Of a DNA stretch of 64,000 nt, positions 19,332 to 26,861 are shown piece after piece. This DNA comes from Phycisphaeraceae bacterium (GTDB taxonomy: Bacteria; Planctomycetota; Phycisphaerae; Phycisphaerales; UBA1924). Every line of letters begins with the position of its first letter. Position 1 is the first letter of the stretch. Both the position numbers and the translations under genes were made by a program. The stretch lies in assembly GCA_026126345.1 (NCBI GenBank), contig JAHCJH010000001.1, positions 1,205-65,204 of the forward strand. The letters run 5' to 3'. Below the pieces are notes generated by a model. That model ran no database searches, had not been told where the DNA came from, and saw nothing but the letters and a program-made list of their open reading frames with translations.

Positions 19332-20273
19332 TCAGCGCACCGGGCCGAAGGCCCGCCGCAGCGCCGCGAGATTCGCGTCCATCATCGCGAACCAATCGCC
19401 GGAGCCAAGCGGGTCCAGCGTTTCGACCCGCGCGCCGGTGGCCCTCGCGATGCGCTCGGCGGCGGCCGGGCTCAACTGCGGTTCCACGAACACCGTCGTG
19501 ATCGCCTCGCCCCCGATCGACTCGATCGCCCGACGCAGGTCTCCTGGCGAGGGCTCCGTAGCCGTGAGCCCCTTGAGCGCCACGGTCTTGAGCCCGTACC
19601 GTGATGCCAGCCTTCCCCAGGCGTCGTGCCCCACGACGATCGTCCGGCCGGCCAGCGGCCCCAGCACCCGGTCGTACGCCTCGTGCGTCGCCCGCACCCT
19701 GGCGCGAAGTCCCTCGGCCCGCGCCGCCCGACGATCCGGCGGCGTCTCCCGATCGAGCGATTCCACCTCCCGGGCCACCGCTTCGACCAGCCGCTCGACC
19801 AGCACCGGGTCCAGCCACAGGTGCGGATCGGCGCCGTGCCCGTGGTCGCACGTTTCGTCGTGCTCGTGGTCGTGCCCGTGATCGGCCGAACCGCCCTCGA
19901 CCCCCGCGACGCGGTCGAACCGCACCACCCGGCGGGCCGGGTTCGGCCGTTGCTGGATCAGCGCGTCGACTTGGGGCTCCAGACCAAAGCCCACACACAC
20001 CACCAGGTCCGCCGTTGCCACGGCCGCGAGCTTCCCGGGCGGAATCTCGTAGCCGTGCTCGCTGGCCCCCGGGGGGATCAGCAGGTCCACCACCGTGCCC
20101 GGCGGCACCAGCGCCTCCACCAGGCCCTTCAGCGGCGCGATCGACACCACCACCCGCAAGGGGCCTTGGCGGCCCGACTCAGGTCCACCGGCCGGTCGGC
20201 AGCCGGCCAGCACCGCCGCGGCCACAAGCAGCCCGAACACCACCCTCCACGCGATGAACTCCCGAATCGGCAT
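19332..20273 (-). CDS. znuA: Zinc/metal ABC transporter substrate-binding lipoprotein
   Basis: Lipoprotein signal MPIREFIAWRVVFGLLVAAAVLAGC. ZnuA-type motifs (SEHGYEIPPGK, DPHLWLDP) and a His-rich loop DHGHDHEHDETCDHGHG. No permease or ATPase partner genes for it are adjacent. Confidence 0.87.
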   Translation of the reverse strand: MPIREFIAWRVVFGLLVAAAVLAGCRPAGGPESGRQGPLRVVVSIAPLKGLVEALVPPGTVVDLLIPPGASEHGYEIPPGKLAAVATADLVVCVGFGLEPQVDALIQQRPNPARRVVRFDRVAGVEGGSADHGHDHEHDETCDHGHGADPHLWLDPVLVERLVEAVAREVESLDRETPPDRRAARAEGLRARVRATHEAYDRVLGPLAGRTIVVGHDAWGRLASRYGLKTVALKGLTATEPSPGDLRRAIESIGGEAITTVFVEPQLSPAAAERIARATGARVETLDPLGSGDWFAMMDANLAALRRAFGPVR

Positions 20274-20301
20274 GCCGGATTGTTCCCCACCGGCCGCCAA
20301 G

Positions 20302-20318
20302 ATGCAACTCAGTTGCAT
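20302..20318. promoter_or_regulatory. Perfect 8-1-8 palindrome ATGCAACT-C-AGTTGCAT; candidate Zur/Fur-family operator for znuA
   Basis: Read directly. Both arms are perfectly complementary. It is relatively AT-rich in a GC-rich genome and its near edge lies 28 nt upstream of the znuA ATG (20273). Confidence 0.4.
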
Positions 20319-20400
20319 GTGGTGAATAACCCACCAACCGGCCCCGGGACCCGGGCGGCGGCCCCGTCCGGAGCCGGTCCAATTCGCCGGAACGGGCGTC

Positions 20401-20406
20401 TATACT
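20401..20406 (+). promoter_or_regulatory. Candidate -10 element (TATACT) for the tRNA-Ala gene
   Basis: Near-consensus TATACT ends 10 nt before tRNA position 1. No convincing -35 element was found. Confidence 0.4.
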
Positions 20407-20416
20407 CTGGGTGTTC

Positions 20417-20489
20417 GGGGCGGTAGCTCAGTTGGTAGAGCGCTTCGTTCGCAATGAAGAGGTCGGGAGTTCGACTCTCCTCCGCTCCA
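20417..20489 (+). tRNA. tRNA-Ala (anticodon CGC)
   Basis: Hand-folded cloverleaf. Acceptor stem GGGGCGG/CCGCTCC contains the G3:U70 alanine identity pair. The D-arm has AGCTCAGTTGGTAGAGC. The anticodon loop is TTCGCAA (CGC at 20450..20452). The T-arm has GGGAGTTCGACTCTCCT. The discriminator is A and CCA is not encoded. Confidence 0.95.
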
Positions 20490-20495
20490 CTGAAG

Positions 20496-20531
20496 GACAG
20501 GGCCCGGCCAAGCCGGGCCTTGTCGCTTTTT
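20496..20531 (+). terminator. Rho-independent terminator after tRNA-Ala
   Basis: Stem ggcccggc / gccgggcc with loop caa, extendable by flanking gacag/ttgtc, followed by a T-rich tail ttgtcgcttttt. Confidence 0.75.
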
Positions 20532-20661
20532 GGGCCGGGACTGGCCCCCCACCCCCGGGAAATCGCACAGATGTGTGGATTCGGCACGCGTACGTCCGAT
20601 ATCCGCACACTATCGGCGGGGGATTCGCCCCCGCCGCCCACAACCCCAAGGGGAATACCAC

Positions 20662-21090
20662 ATGCAATGGGTCCATCTGCTCTCGCTGGTGCTCTGCGGT
20701 TTGCTCGCCGCGGCTCCCATGCTGCTGGCCAAGAAGCCCGACGCCAAGCCCATGTTGGACAAACTGGCCCAGTTCGGCGGGCTGATCGGGCTGGTGACGC
20801 TCATTCTCGGCGTGATCAACCTCATCGACATCGTGCCCCACATCGGCGACGCCTTCAAGCACTACTTCGGCATCATCGGCGTCGTCGCCATGCTCTGCCA
20901 GTTGCTGCTTGGGTTCCTGCTGGGCTTCGTGCTGCTGGCCCAGTTCATCTTCAAGCCCGGGACGGCCGCCGGCGCCAAGGGCGAGGAAATCCGCAAGAAG
21001 ATCGCGGGGATCCAGATCCCTGTGGGCCTGACGGCGCTGGTGGTCGCGGTGCTGCTGCTGCTCATCCGGTTCGAGATCCTCAAGCCGTAA
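20662..21090 (+). CDS. Small integral membrane protein (hypothetical)
   Basis: ATG at 20662 is preceded by AAGGGGA. The 142-aa product has about four hydrophobic helices (MQWVHLLSLVLCGLLAAAPMLL ...). Third-position GC is high. No recognisable family. Confidence 0.65.
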   Translation: MQWVHLLSLVLCGLLAAAPMLLAKKPDAKPMLDKLAQFGGLIGLVTLILGVINLIDIVPHIGDAFKHYFGIIGVVAMLCQLLLGFLLGFVLLAQFIFKPGTAAGAKGEEIRKKIAGIQIPVGLTALVVAVLLLLIRFEILKP

Positions 21091-21121
21091 CGCCCGGTAC
21101 CCGCTGGATGAACCGAACACC

Positions 21122-21158
21122 GCCGCCGCGACCCGGGCACCCCCCGCGTCGCGGCGGC
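21122..21158 (+). other. 11-bp perfect-stem hairpin between the small membrane gene and mutS (possible terminator or attenuator)
   Basis: gccgccgcgac ... gtcgcggcggc with a 15-nt loop, followed by tatcttgtgtg. It ends 8 nt before the first possible mutS start codon. Confidence 0.35.
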
Positions 21159-21166
21159 TATCTTGT

Positions 21167-23986
21167 GTGCGGATGGCAGCGAGCGGACCCGGAGCCAAGT
21201 CGGGAGGGAACGACCCGCGGGACACCCCCGCGATGCGTCAGTACGCCCGGTTCAAGAAGGCCCACCCCGGGTGCATTCTGCTCTTTCGCATCGGCGACTT
21301 CTACGAGATGTTCGATGACGACGCCGTCACGGTCTCGCGGGCGATCGGCCTGACGTTGACGCAACGCACCGCCGGGGTGCCGATGTGCGGCATGCCGTAC
21401 CACCAGCTCGAGACCTATCTGCGCCGGCTGATCGAGCAGGGCTTCCGCGTGGCGGTGTGCGACCAGGTGCAGGACGCCGCCGAGGCCAAGGGCGTCATCG
21501 AGCGGGACGTCACCCGGGTGCTGACGCCAGGCACCCTGGTCGATGAGACCCTGCTGGCCGACGATCAGGCCGGCGCTCTGGCGGCGGTCTGCTTCCCGCC
21601 GGACGAACCCCCCACCGCCGCCGGTCCGGTGCTGAACGCTTCAACCACCGCGATGGCCGTGGTCGAACTTTCCACCGGCGCGTTCTCCCTGTTGCGGTGC
21701 GCCCCGCAGGCGGCGGCCGACGAGCTGGCCCGGCGCGGGGTATCGGAAGTGCTCTACCCCGGCACGCTGGACGGAGCGCCGCCGGCCCGGCTTGCCCCGA
21801 TGCTGACGGCTCTGGGCATCGCCGGCACGGCCCAGCCTCAATGGCATTTCCGCCCCGCCGAAGCGGGCGAGGCCCTCCGCGAACAGTTCGGCGTCCGCAC
21901 GCTGGCCGGCTTCGGCCTGTCCGATGAGGACCCGCTGGTGGGCCCCGCGGGGGCGGTCGTTCGCTATCTGCGCGCCATGGCCGCGCCGCGGGGCGGCGAG
22001 ACCGATGGGGCGGCTGCCTCCAAGCGCCCGGTCGGTTCGTTGGCCCACCTTCGGCCGCCGCGCCGTGAGGAACCTGGCGACGAGCTCATGCTCGACGCAT
22101 CGACGTTCCGCTCGCTGGAGATCGACCGCACCATGCGCACGGGCCGGACCGATCGGCCGGCGGGCGCGCCGGGCACGGTGGACGGGTCGCTGGCGAGCAT
22201 CTTCACCGGGCGTGCGTCGCCCCGGACGCCGATGGGCCGTCGGCTCGTGCGCCAGTGGCTCTGCCGCCCGCTGGCCCGGCCGGAGCCGATCAACGCCCGC
22301 CAGGCGATCGTGGCGACGCTGGTCGCCGACCGGCGCGCGGCCGAAGAACTGCGCGCAGCGCTGGCCCCCGTGCAGGACGTGCAGCGCATCGCCGCCCGCA
22401 TCGCCCTGCGCCGGGCGACGCCGCGCGACCTGGTCGCGCTGGCCAGATCGCTGGCACAGGTCGAATCTCTGTCGGCCTGCACGGCCAACGCCCCGGCGCT
22501 GGCGGACCATCGCGGCCGGTTCGAGGCGGCGGCCGAAGGGGTCCGGCCGCTGGCCGAGCGCATCGCAGAGGCGTGCGTGGACGACCCACCGGCGCACCTG
22601 CGCGACGGCGGCCTGATCCGCGACGGAGTGGACGCCGAGCTCGACGAGGCACGCCGGCTCAAGACCAGCGCCGGCCAGTGGCTTGCCGAGTACCAGACCC
22701 GCCTGGTGGCCGAGCACGGGTTGCCAAGCCTGAAAGTCGGGTACAACCGGATCTTCGGGTACTACATCGAGTTGCCCAAAGCCCAGGCAGCGCGGGCGCC
22801 GGCCGCCTTCTCCCGGCGCCAGACGCTCACCGGGGCTGAGCGATTCATCACCCCCGAACTCAAGGAATTCGAAGACAAGGTCACCACCGCCAGCGGACGC
22901 GCCGTCGCCCGCGAGCAGGCGATGTTCGACGCGCTGTGCGATCAGGCCGGGGCCGTGCTGGGGCCGATCGCGGCCTTCGGCGACGCCGCGGCGGAACTCG
23001 ATGTGCTCGCGGCCTTCGCGGAGAAGGCCGTTGCCCGCCGGTGGGTCCGGCCGGTGCTCTCGCCCGAGCCGGTGCTCTCGGTGCGCCAGGGCCGGCACCC
23101 GGTGCTGGACGAACTGCTGGAGAACGCGTTCGTGCCCAACGACCTGTCGCTCGGCGGGGGCGGGCCGGGGCTGGCGCTGATCACCGGACCGAACATGGCC
23201 GGCAAGAGCACGTTCATCCGCCAGACGGCGCTGCTGGTGCTGCTGGCGCACACCGGCAGTTTCGTGCCCGCCGAAGAGGCGACCATCGGCCTGACCGACC
23301 GGATCTTCACCCGTGTCGGGGCCGATGATGCGCTGTTCGCCGGCCAGAGCACCTTCATGGTCGAGATGACCGAGACCGCCAGCATCCTGCACCACGCCAC
23401 GGCGCGGTCGCTGGTGGTGCTCGACGAGATCGGCCGCGGCACCAGCACGCTCGACGGCCTGTCGCTGGCCTGGGCGGTTGCCGAGCGGCTGGCGTCGCCG
23501 GAGCCGCCGCCGCGGGGAAACGGCGGCCCGCGCACGCTGTTCGCGACGCACTACCACGAGCTGACCGGACTGCAGGAACGGCTGGAAGGGCGTGTGACGA
23601 ACCTGCACGTGTCGGTGCGCGAATGGACCGACGAATCCGGACACGACCACATCGCGTTCCTGCACCGCATCGTGCCCGGGCGGACCGATCGCTCGTACGG
23701 GATTCACGTCGCTCGCCTGGCGGGCATCCCCCCGGCGGTGATCGCCCGCGCGGGGGAGATCCTCGAGTCGCTCTCGGTCGCGCAGGCGGGCGGGCCCGGC
23801 GCGGCGCCGGCGCAACGCACCGAGCCGCGCCCCGCACCGGCGGGACAGTTGCCGCTGTTCACCGAGTATATTCCGCACCCGGCGATCGACGCGCTTCGAG
23901 AGGTCAAGATCGACGCCATCACGCCGCTGCAGGCGTTCGACGAACTGCGGCGGCTCCAGGGGCTGGCCCGGCGTACCAAGGACTGA
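21167..23986 (+). CDS. mutS: DNA mismatch repair protein MutS
   Basis: TPAMRQYARFKKAHPGCILLFRIGDFYEMFDDDA, Walker A GPNMAGKST and STFMVEMTE, DEIGRGTST. Track start 21167 is GTG; ATG at 21173 is equally possible. Confidence 0.95.
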   Translation: MRMAASGPGAKSGGNDPRDTPAMRQYARFKKAHPGCILLFRIGDFYEMFDDDAVTVSRAIGLTLTQRTAGVPMCGMPYHQLETYLRRLIEQGFRVAVCDQVQDAAEAKGVIERDVTRVLTPGTLVDETLLADDQAGALAAVCFPPDEPPTAAGPVLNASTTAMAVVELSTGAFSLLRCAPQAAADELARRGVSEVLYPGTLDGAPPARLAPMLTALGIAGTAQPQWHFRPAEAGEALREQFGVRTLAGFGLSDEDPLVGPAGAVVRYLRAMAAPRGGETDGAAASKRPVGSLAHLRPPRREEPGDELMLDASTFRSLEIDRTMRTGRTDRPAGAPGTVDGSLASIFTGRASPRTPMGRRLVRQWLCRPLARPEPINARQAIVATLVADRRAAEELRAALAPVQDVQRIAARIALRRATPRDLVALARSLAQVESLSACTANAPALADHRGRFEAAAEGVRPLAERIAEACVDDPPAHLRDGGLIRDGVDAELDEARRLKTSAGQWLAEYQTRLVAEHGLPSLKVGYNRIFGYYIELPKAQAARAPAAFSRRQTLTGAERFITPELKEFEDKVTTASGRAVAREQAMFDALCDQAGAVLGPIAAFGDAAAELDVLAAFAEKAVARRWVRPVLSPEPVLSVRQGRHPVLDELLENAFVPNDLSLGGGGPGLALITGPNMAGKSTFIRQTALLVLLAHTGSFVPAEEATIGLTDRIFTRVGADDALFAGQSTFMVEMTETASILHHATARSLVVLDEIGRGTSTLDGLSLAWAVAERLASPEPPPRGNGGPRTLFATHYHELTGLQERLEGRVTNLHVSVREWTDESGHDHIAFLHRIVPGRTDRSYGIHVARLAGIPPAVIARAGEILESLSVAQAGGPGAAPAQRTEPRPAPAGQLPLFTEYIPHPAIDALREVKIDAITPLQAFDELRRLQGLARRTKD

Positions 23987-23994
23987 CGCATCCT

Positions 23995-24966
23995 TCAGGG
24001 CGCCACGGCGCCGGCGCGCGACCGCCAAGCCCAACCAAGATCGCGGTCCATCACGCTGACGCCGGGCTCTGCCAGCAGGCGCTCGGCCAGATCCTGCATC
24101 AGCATGCGCTGCTGACGCAGGCGGATCTCGGCCTCCAGCGCATCACGCACGGACTCGAACGGCACGTCCGCCGCCGGGGTCCGTCCCGTCACCAGGAGAA
24201 TCGCAAACCCCGAATCGAGCGCCAGCACTCGGCTCATCCGGCCGACGGCCAGCGTCGCCGCGGCCGAGCGAAGCGCCGCGGGCGTGTCCGGATCGTCGAG
24301 GCTGAACGGCTCCAGTTGGCCGGCGCGGACGGCCGAGGCGTCGCGCGAGCGCTCGGCGGCGAACTGTCCGAACACCCAGGCGGGCACCGACTCGTCGTCC
24401 GGCGCCGCGGCGGCGGAGCGAGCGGCGGCGGCGGCCCGGGCAATCGCCTGGTGAATCTCCGCCGCTTCCTGCTGCGTCGCGACCGCGATCACGCGCGCGA
24501 CGGTCCGGGGCCCGTACTTCACGGCGTAGGCCTGTCGGAGCACCGCCTCGTTGATCAGAACGCGATCTGACACCAGGGCCCGCAGCAGGGCGTTGCGACG
24601 CAGCAGGGCGGGGAACCGGGCGTCGCCCAGCCCGCGGGCGCGCCGAAGGGCGGCGAGCAGTTCCGCCGCGCGGTCGGCGTCCTGGGCCGGCAATCGTTCC
24701 AGCAGCAGGTCGCGCTCGCGGGCCAGGTCGCGCTCGACCACGGTGATGTTCCGGGCCGCGGCGCGGCGAGCCAGACGAGCATCGAGCACAGCGTCAGCGA
24801 GCACGGCGGCGCCGGCGGCTTCGCACAGCGCCGGCCGCACGTCGTTCCAGGTGATCGCCACATCGTCGACGATCGCGACCGGGCGTGCGGACGGCTCTGT
24901 TCCGGGCGGGACCGGCTGGCCGCCCGCGACGCAGGCCAGCAGACCGAGGCGGATCGCGATGATCAT
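23995..24966 (-). CDS. Secreted SurA/parvulin-like peptidyl-prolyl isomerase family protein
   Basis: Signal-like N-terminus MIIAIRLGLLACVAGG, a helical SurA-N-like region and a C-terminal segment (QLEPFSLDDPDTP...GRMSRVLALDSGFAILLV) resembling a degenerate parvulin domain. Function tentative. Confidence 0.65.
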   Translation of the reverse strand: MIIAIRLGLLACVAGGQPVPPGTEPSARPVAIVDDVAITWNDVRPALCEAAGAAVLADAVLDARLARRAAARNITVVERDLARERDLLLERLPAQDADRAAELLAALRRARGLGDARFPALLRRNALLRALVSDRVLINEAVLRQAYAVKYGPRTVARVIAVATQQEAAEIHQAIARAAAAARSAAAAPDDESVPAWVFGQFAAERSRDASAVRAGQLEPFSLDDPDTPAALRSAAATLAVGRMSRVLALDSGFAILLVTGRTPAADVPFESVRDALEAEIRLRQQRMLMQDLAERLLAEPGVSVMDRDLGWAWRSRAGAVAP

Positions 24967-25000
24967 GCCGCAGTCTACCGCGGGCCGCCCCCAGACGGGC

Positions 25001-26707
25001 TCAGTCCAGCGCGATCACGGCGGCCGTGGCGTCGTCGTCCATCGCGGCGTCGGCGGCCAGGCCCGCGAACGTCGTCACGCTCGTGAACACACGGTCGGTC
25101 AGGCCGACCGGATCGGCCCCCACTCCGGACGCGAGCACCTCGGCAAGTCTGGACGCGCCGAACATCTCGGCCCCGCTCGGGTTGCGCTGCTCGGTGATGC
25201 CGTCGGAGTGCAGCAGCACGCGGCTGGCCCCGGGCAGGCGGATGGTCTGCGCCTCGTAGGGGTACTCCGGGTCGATGCCGATGGGGATGCCGGCGTGGTC
25301 GCTGCCGGGGTGCGACCAGCCCTCGCCCGGCCGATCGATCATCCAGTGGCCGTGCCCGCAGTCGATGTAGCGCAGCGTTCCGTCGGGCTCGAAGACGCCG
25401 ACCCACAGCGACACGAATTTGCCGCCGGCGCTGCGCGGGCAGGCGTAGCGGTTCACTTCCATCACCGCCTGTGCCAGGTCCGGGCACAGGCGAACCTGTG
25501 CGTGCAATTGCGACTGCACGATCGCCATGAGCATCGCCGGGCCGATCCCGTGCCCGACCACGTCGCCGATGCAGGCCATCACGCGCCCGTCGCCCATCGG
25601 CACGAAATCGAACAGGTCGCCGGCGACGTACAGACCGGGGCGCATCCGCATCGCGTAGCGGAATCGACCCTCGGCTCCCTGGCGAGGCGGCAGGATCATC
25701 TCCTGCGCCTGGCGCGCGGCGGTCAGTTCCTCCTGCAAGGCGCGCTGCCGCTCCTCCAGCGAGATCCGCCGGAGATTGGCGAGCGCCAGGCCATAAGCCT
25801 TGGCCGCCGCCTCGCAGAAACCCGCGGCATCGGTCCGGACCGTCCGCTCGCTGTTGCGGGCGTCCAGGTACAGGAACCCCTCCACGTTGTCGCCGAGCAG
25901 GATGGGCGCGCACAGGGCCGAGTGAATCCGCAGGTCGGCGATCGAGTTGAGCCCGCCGCCCTGCGGAGTGGCGTCACGCGTGAGGATCGCCAGCTCGCCT
26001 TTGGCCGCCTGGTGCACCAGCGAGGTCGAGAATTCAAAGCCGCCGGTATCGGCCGAGTCGGCGCGGACCGCGGCGATCACTTCGACTTCGTTGCCCTGTC
26101 CGACGCTGCGGAGCACGGCGCCGCGGGCATAGCCGGAGCCTTTGAGGACCGAATCGAGCGCCGCCGTGGCCATGGCCTGCTCGGCCGCGGGCCCGGCGGC
26201 GGAAGCCTGGGCCGAGCCGAGGCGCTGGATGAACTCCACGAGCATGCGGAGCCGGCGATCCGACGCCAGGACGCCCTCGTTGACGTACGACCGCTCCAGC
26301 CGGGCTCCGGAGGCCGGGCCATCGTCGATGGTCCGTGCCAGGGTGTACGTGGACTCGGCGGCGCCCGCGCCGCCGGGGCCCAGCACCCGGAACGTCCAGG
26401 GGCCGATCTTGATGATGTCGCCCGGGCGGATGAGCGTCGCCACCCCCGGGGCAAGCCGCACGCCGTTGAGGTGGGTGCCGGACTTGCTGCCCTCGTCGGT
26501 GAGAAACCACTGATCGCCCCGTCGCACCGCCGAGGCGTGCCGACGGCTGATGTTGTCGTGGAGCAGGCAGATGTCCGAGCCGGCGGCCCGCCCGATGCTC
26601 ACGGCCCGGGTCGGGGCGAACGTGAAGTCACCGCCGCTGGGTCCGATCAGCGTCTGAAAGGTCACCGAACCGTCATTGCCAATCAGCGTTGCGGGTCGCA
26701 CGCCCAA
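25001..26707 (-). CDS. FHA - GAF - PP2C (SpoIIE-type) serine/threonine phosphatase
   Basis: FHA: SIGRAAGSDICLLHDNISRRHASAVRRGDQWFLTDEGSKSGTHLNGVRL. The central region is GAF-like. PP2C/SpoIIE: GDLFDFVPMGDGRVMACIGDVVGHGIGPAMLM ... LLHSDGITE. The track start is TTG, so the real start is uncertain (GTG at 26701 or 26665 are also possible). Confidence 0.87.
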   Translation of the reverse strand: MGVRPATLIGNDGSVTFQTLIGPSGGDFTFAPTRAVSIGRAAGSDICLLHDNISRRHASAVRRGDQWFLTDEGSKSGTHLNGVRLAPGVATLIRPGDIIKIGPWTFRVLGPGGAGAAESTYTLARTIDDGPASGARLERSYVNEGVLASDRRLRMLVEFIQRLGSAQASAAGPAAEQAMATAALDSVLKGSGYARGAVLRSVGQGNEVEVIAAVRADSADTGGFEFSTSLVHQAAKGELAILTRDATPQGGGLNSIADLRIHSALCAPILLGDNVEGFLYLDARNSERTVRTDAAGFCEAAAKAYGLALANLRRISLEERQRALQEELTAARQAQEMILPPRQGAEGRFRYAMRMRPGLYVAGDLFDFVPMGDGRVMACIGDVVGHGIGPAMLMAIVQSQLHAQVRLCPDLAQAVMEVNRYACPRSAGGKFVSLWVGVFEPDGTLRYIDCGHGHWMIDRPGEGWSHPGSDHAGIPIGIDPEYPYEAQTIRLPGASRVLLHSDGITEQRNPSGAEMFGASRLAEVLASGVGADPVGLTDRVFTSVTTFAGLAADAAMDDDATAAVIALD

Positions 26708-26861
26708 GGCTAGGGTGTCCGCAACCGGGTCCGTCGTTCGCCCCTAAACCAGGAAGTGAGATTCGCGGGGATGGTGCGCCCGGCCGGTGGGCACCCGGGC
26801 CGCCGTCGTGTAGGCTGTACCAAGCTCGCCCCATCCGCGGCAGGATCATCCGGAGGTCCCC

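Noticed and set aside
17472-19998. 710-aa plus-strand and 716-aa minus-strand ORFs over the lolE/znuA region
   Set aside because: They are out of frame with, or antisense to, the LolE-like and ZnuA genes. Their Arg/Gly/Pro-rich composition has no motifs.
20274-20661. tRNA-Ala locus as a possible integration hotspot or genomic island border
   Set aside because: There is no integrase, no direct repeat of the tRNA 3' end and no compositional shift that I could see on either side. The flanking genes are ordinary (znuA, a small membrane protein, mutS).
24551-26713. 720-aa plus-strand ORF
   Set aside because: It is antisense to the FHA-GAF-PP2C gene and the PPIase-like gene. It is a shadow ORF.
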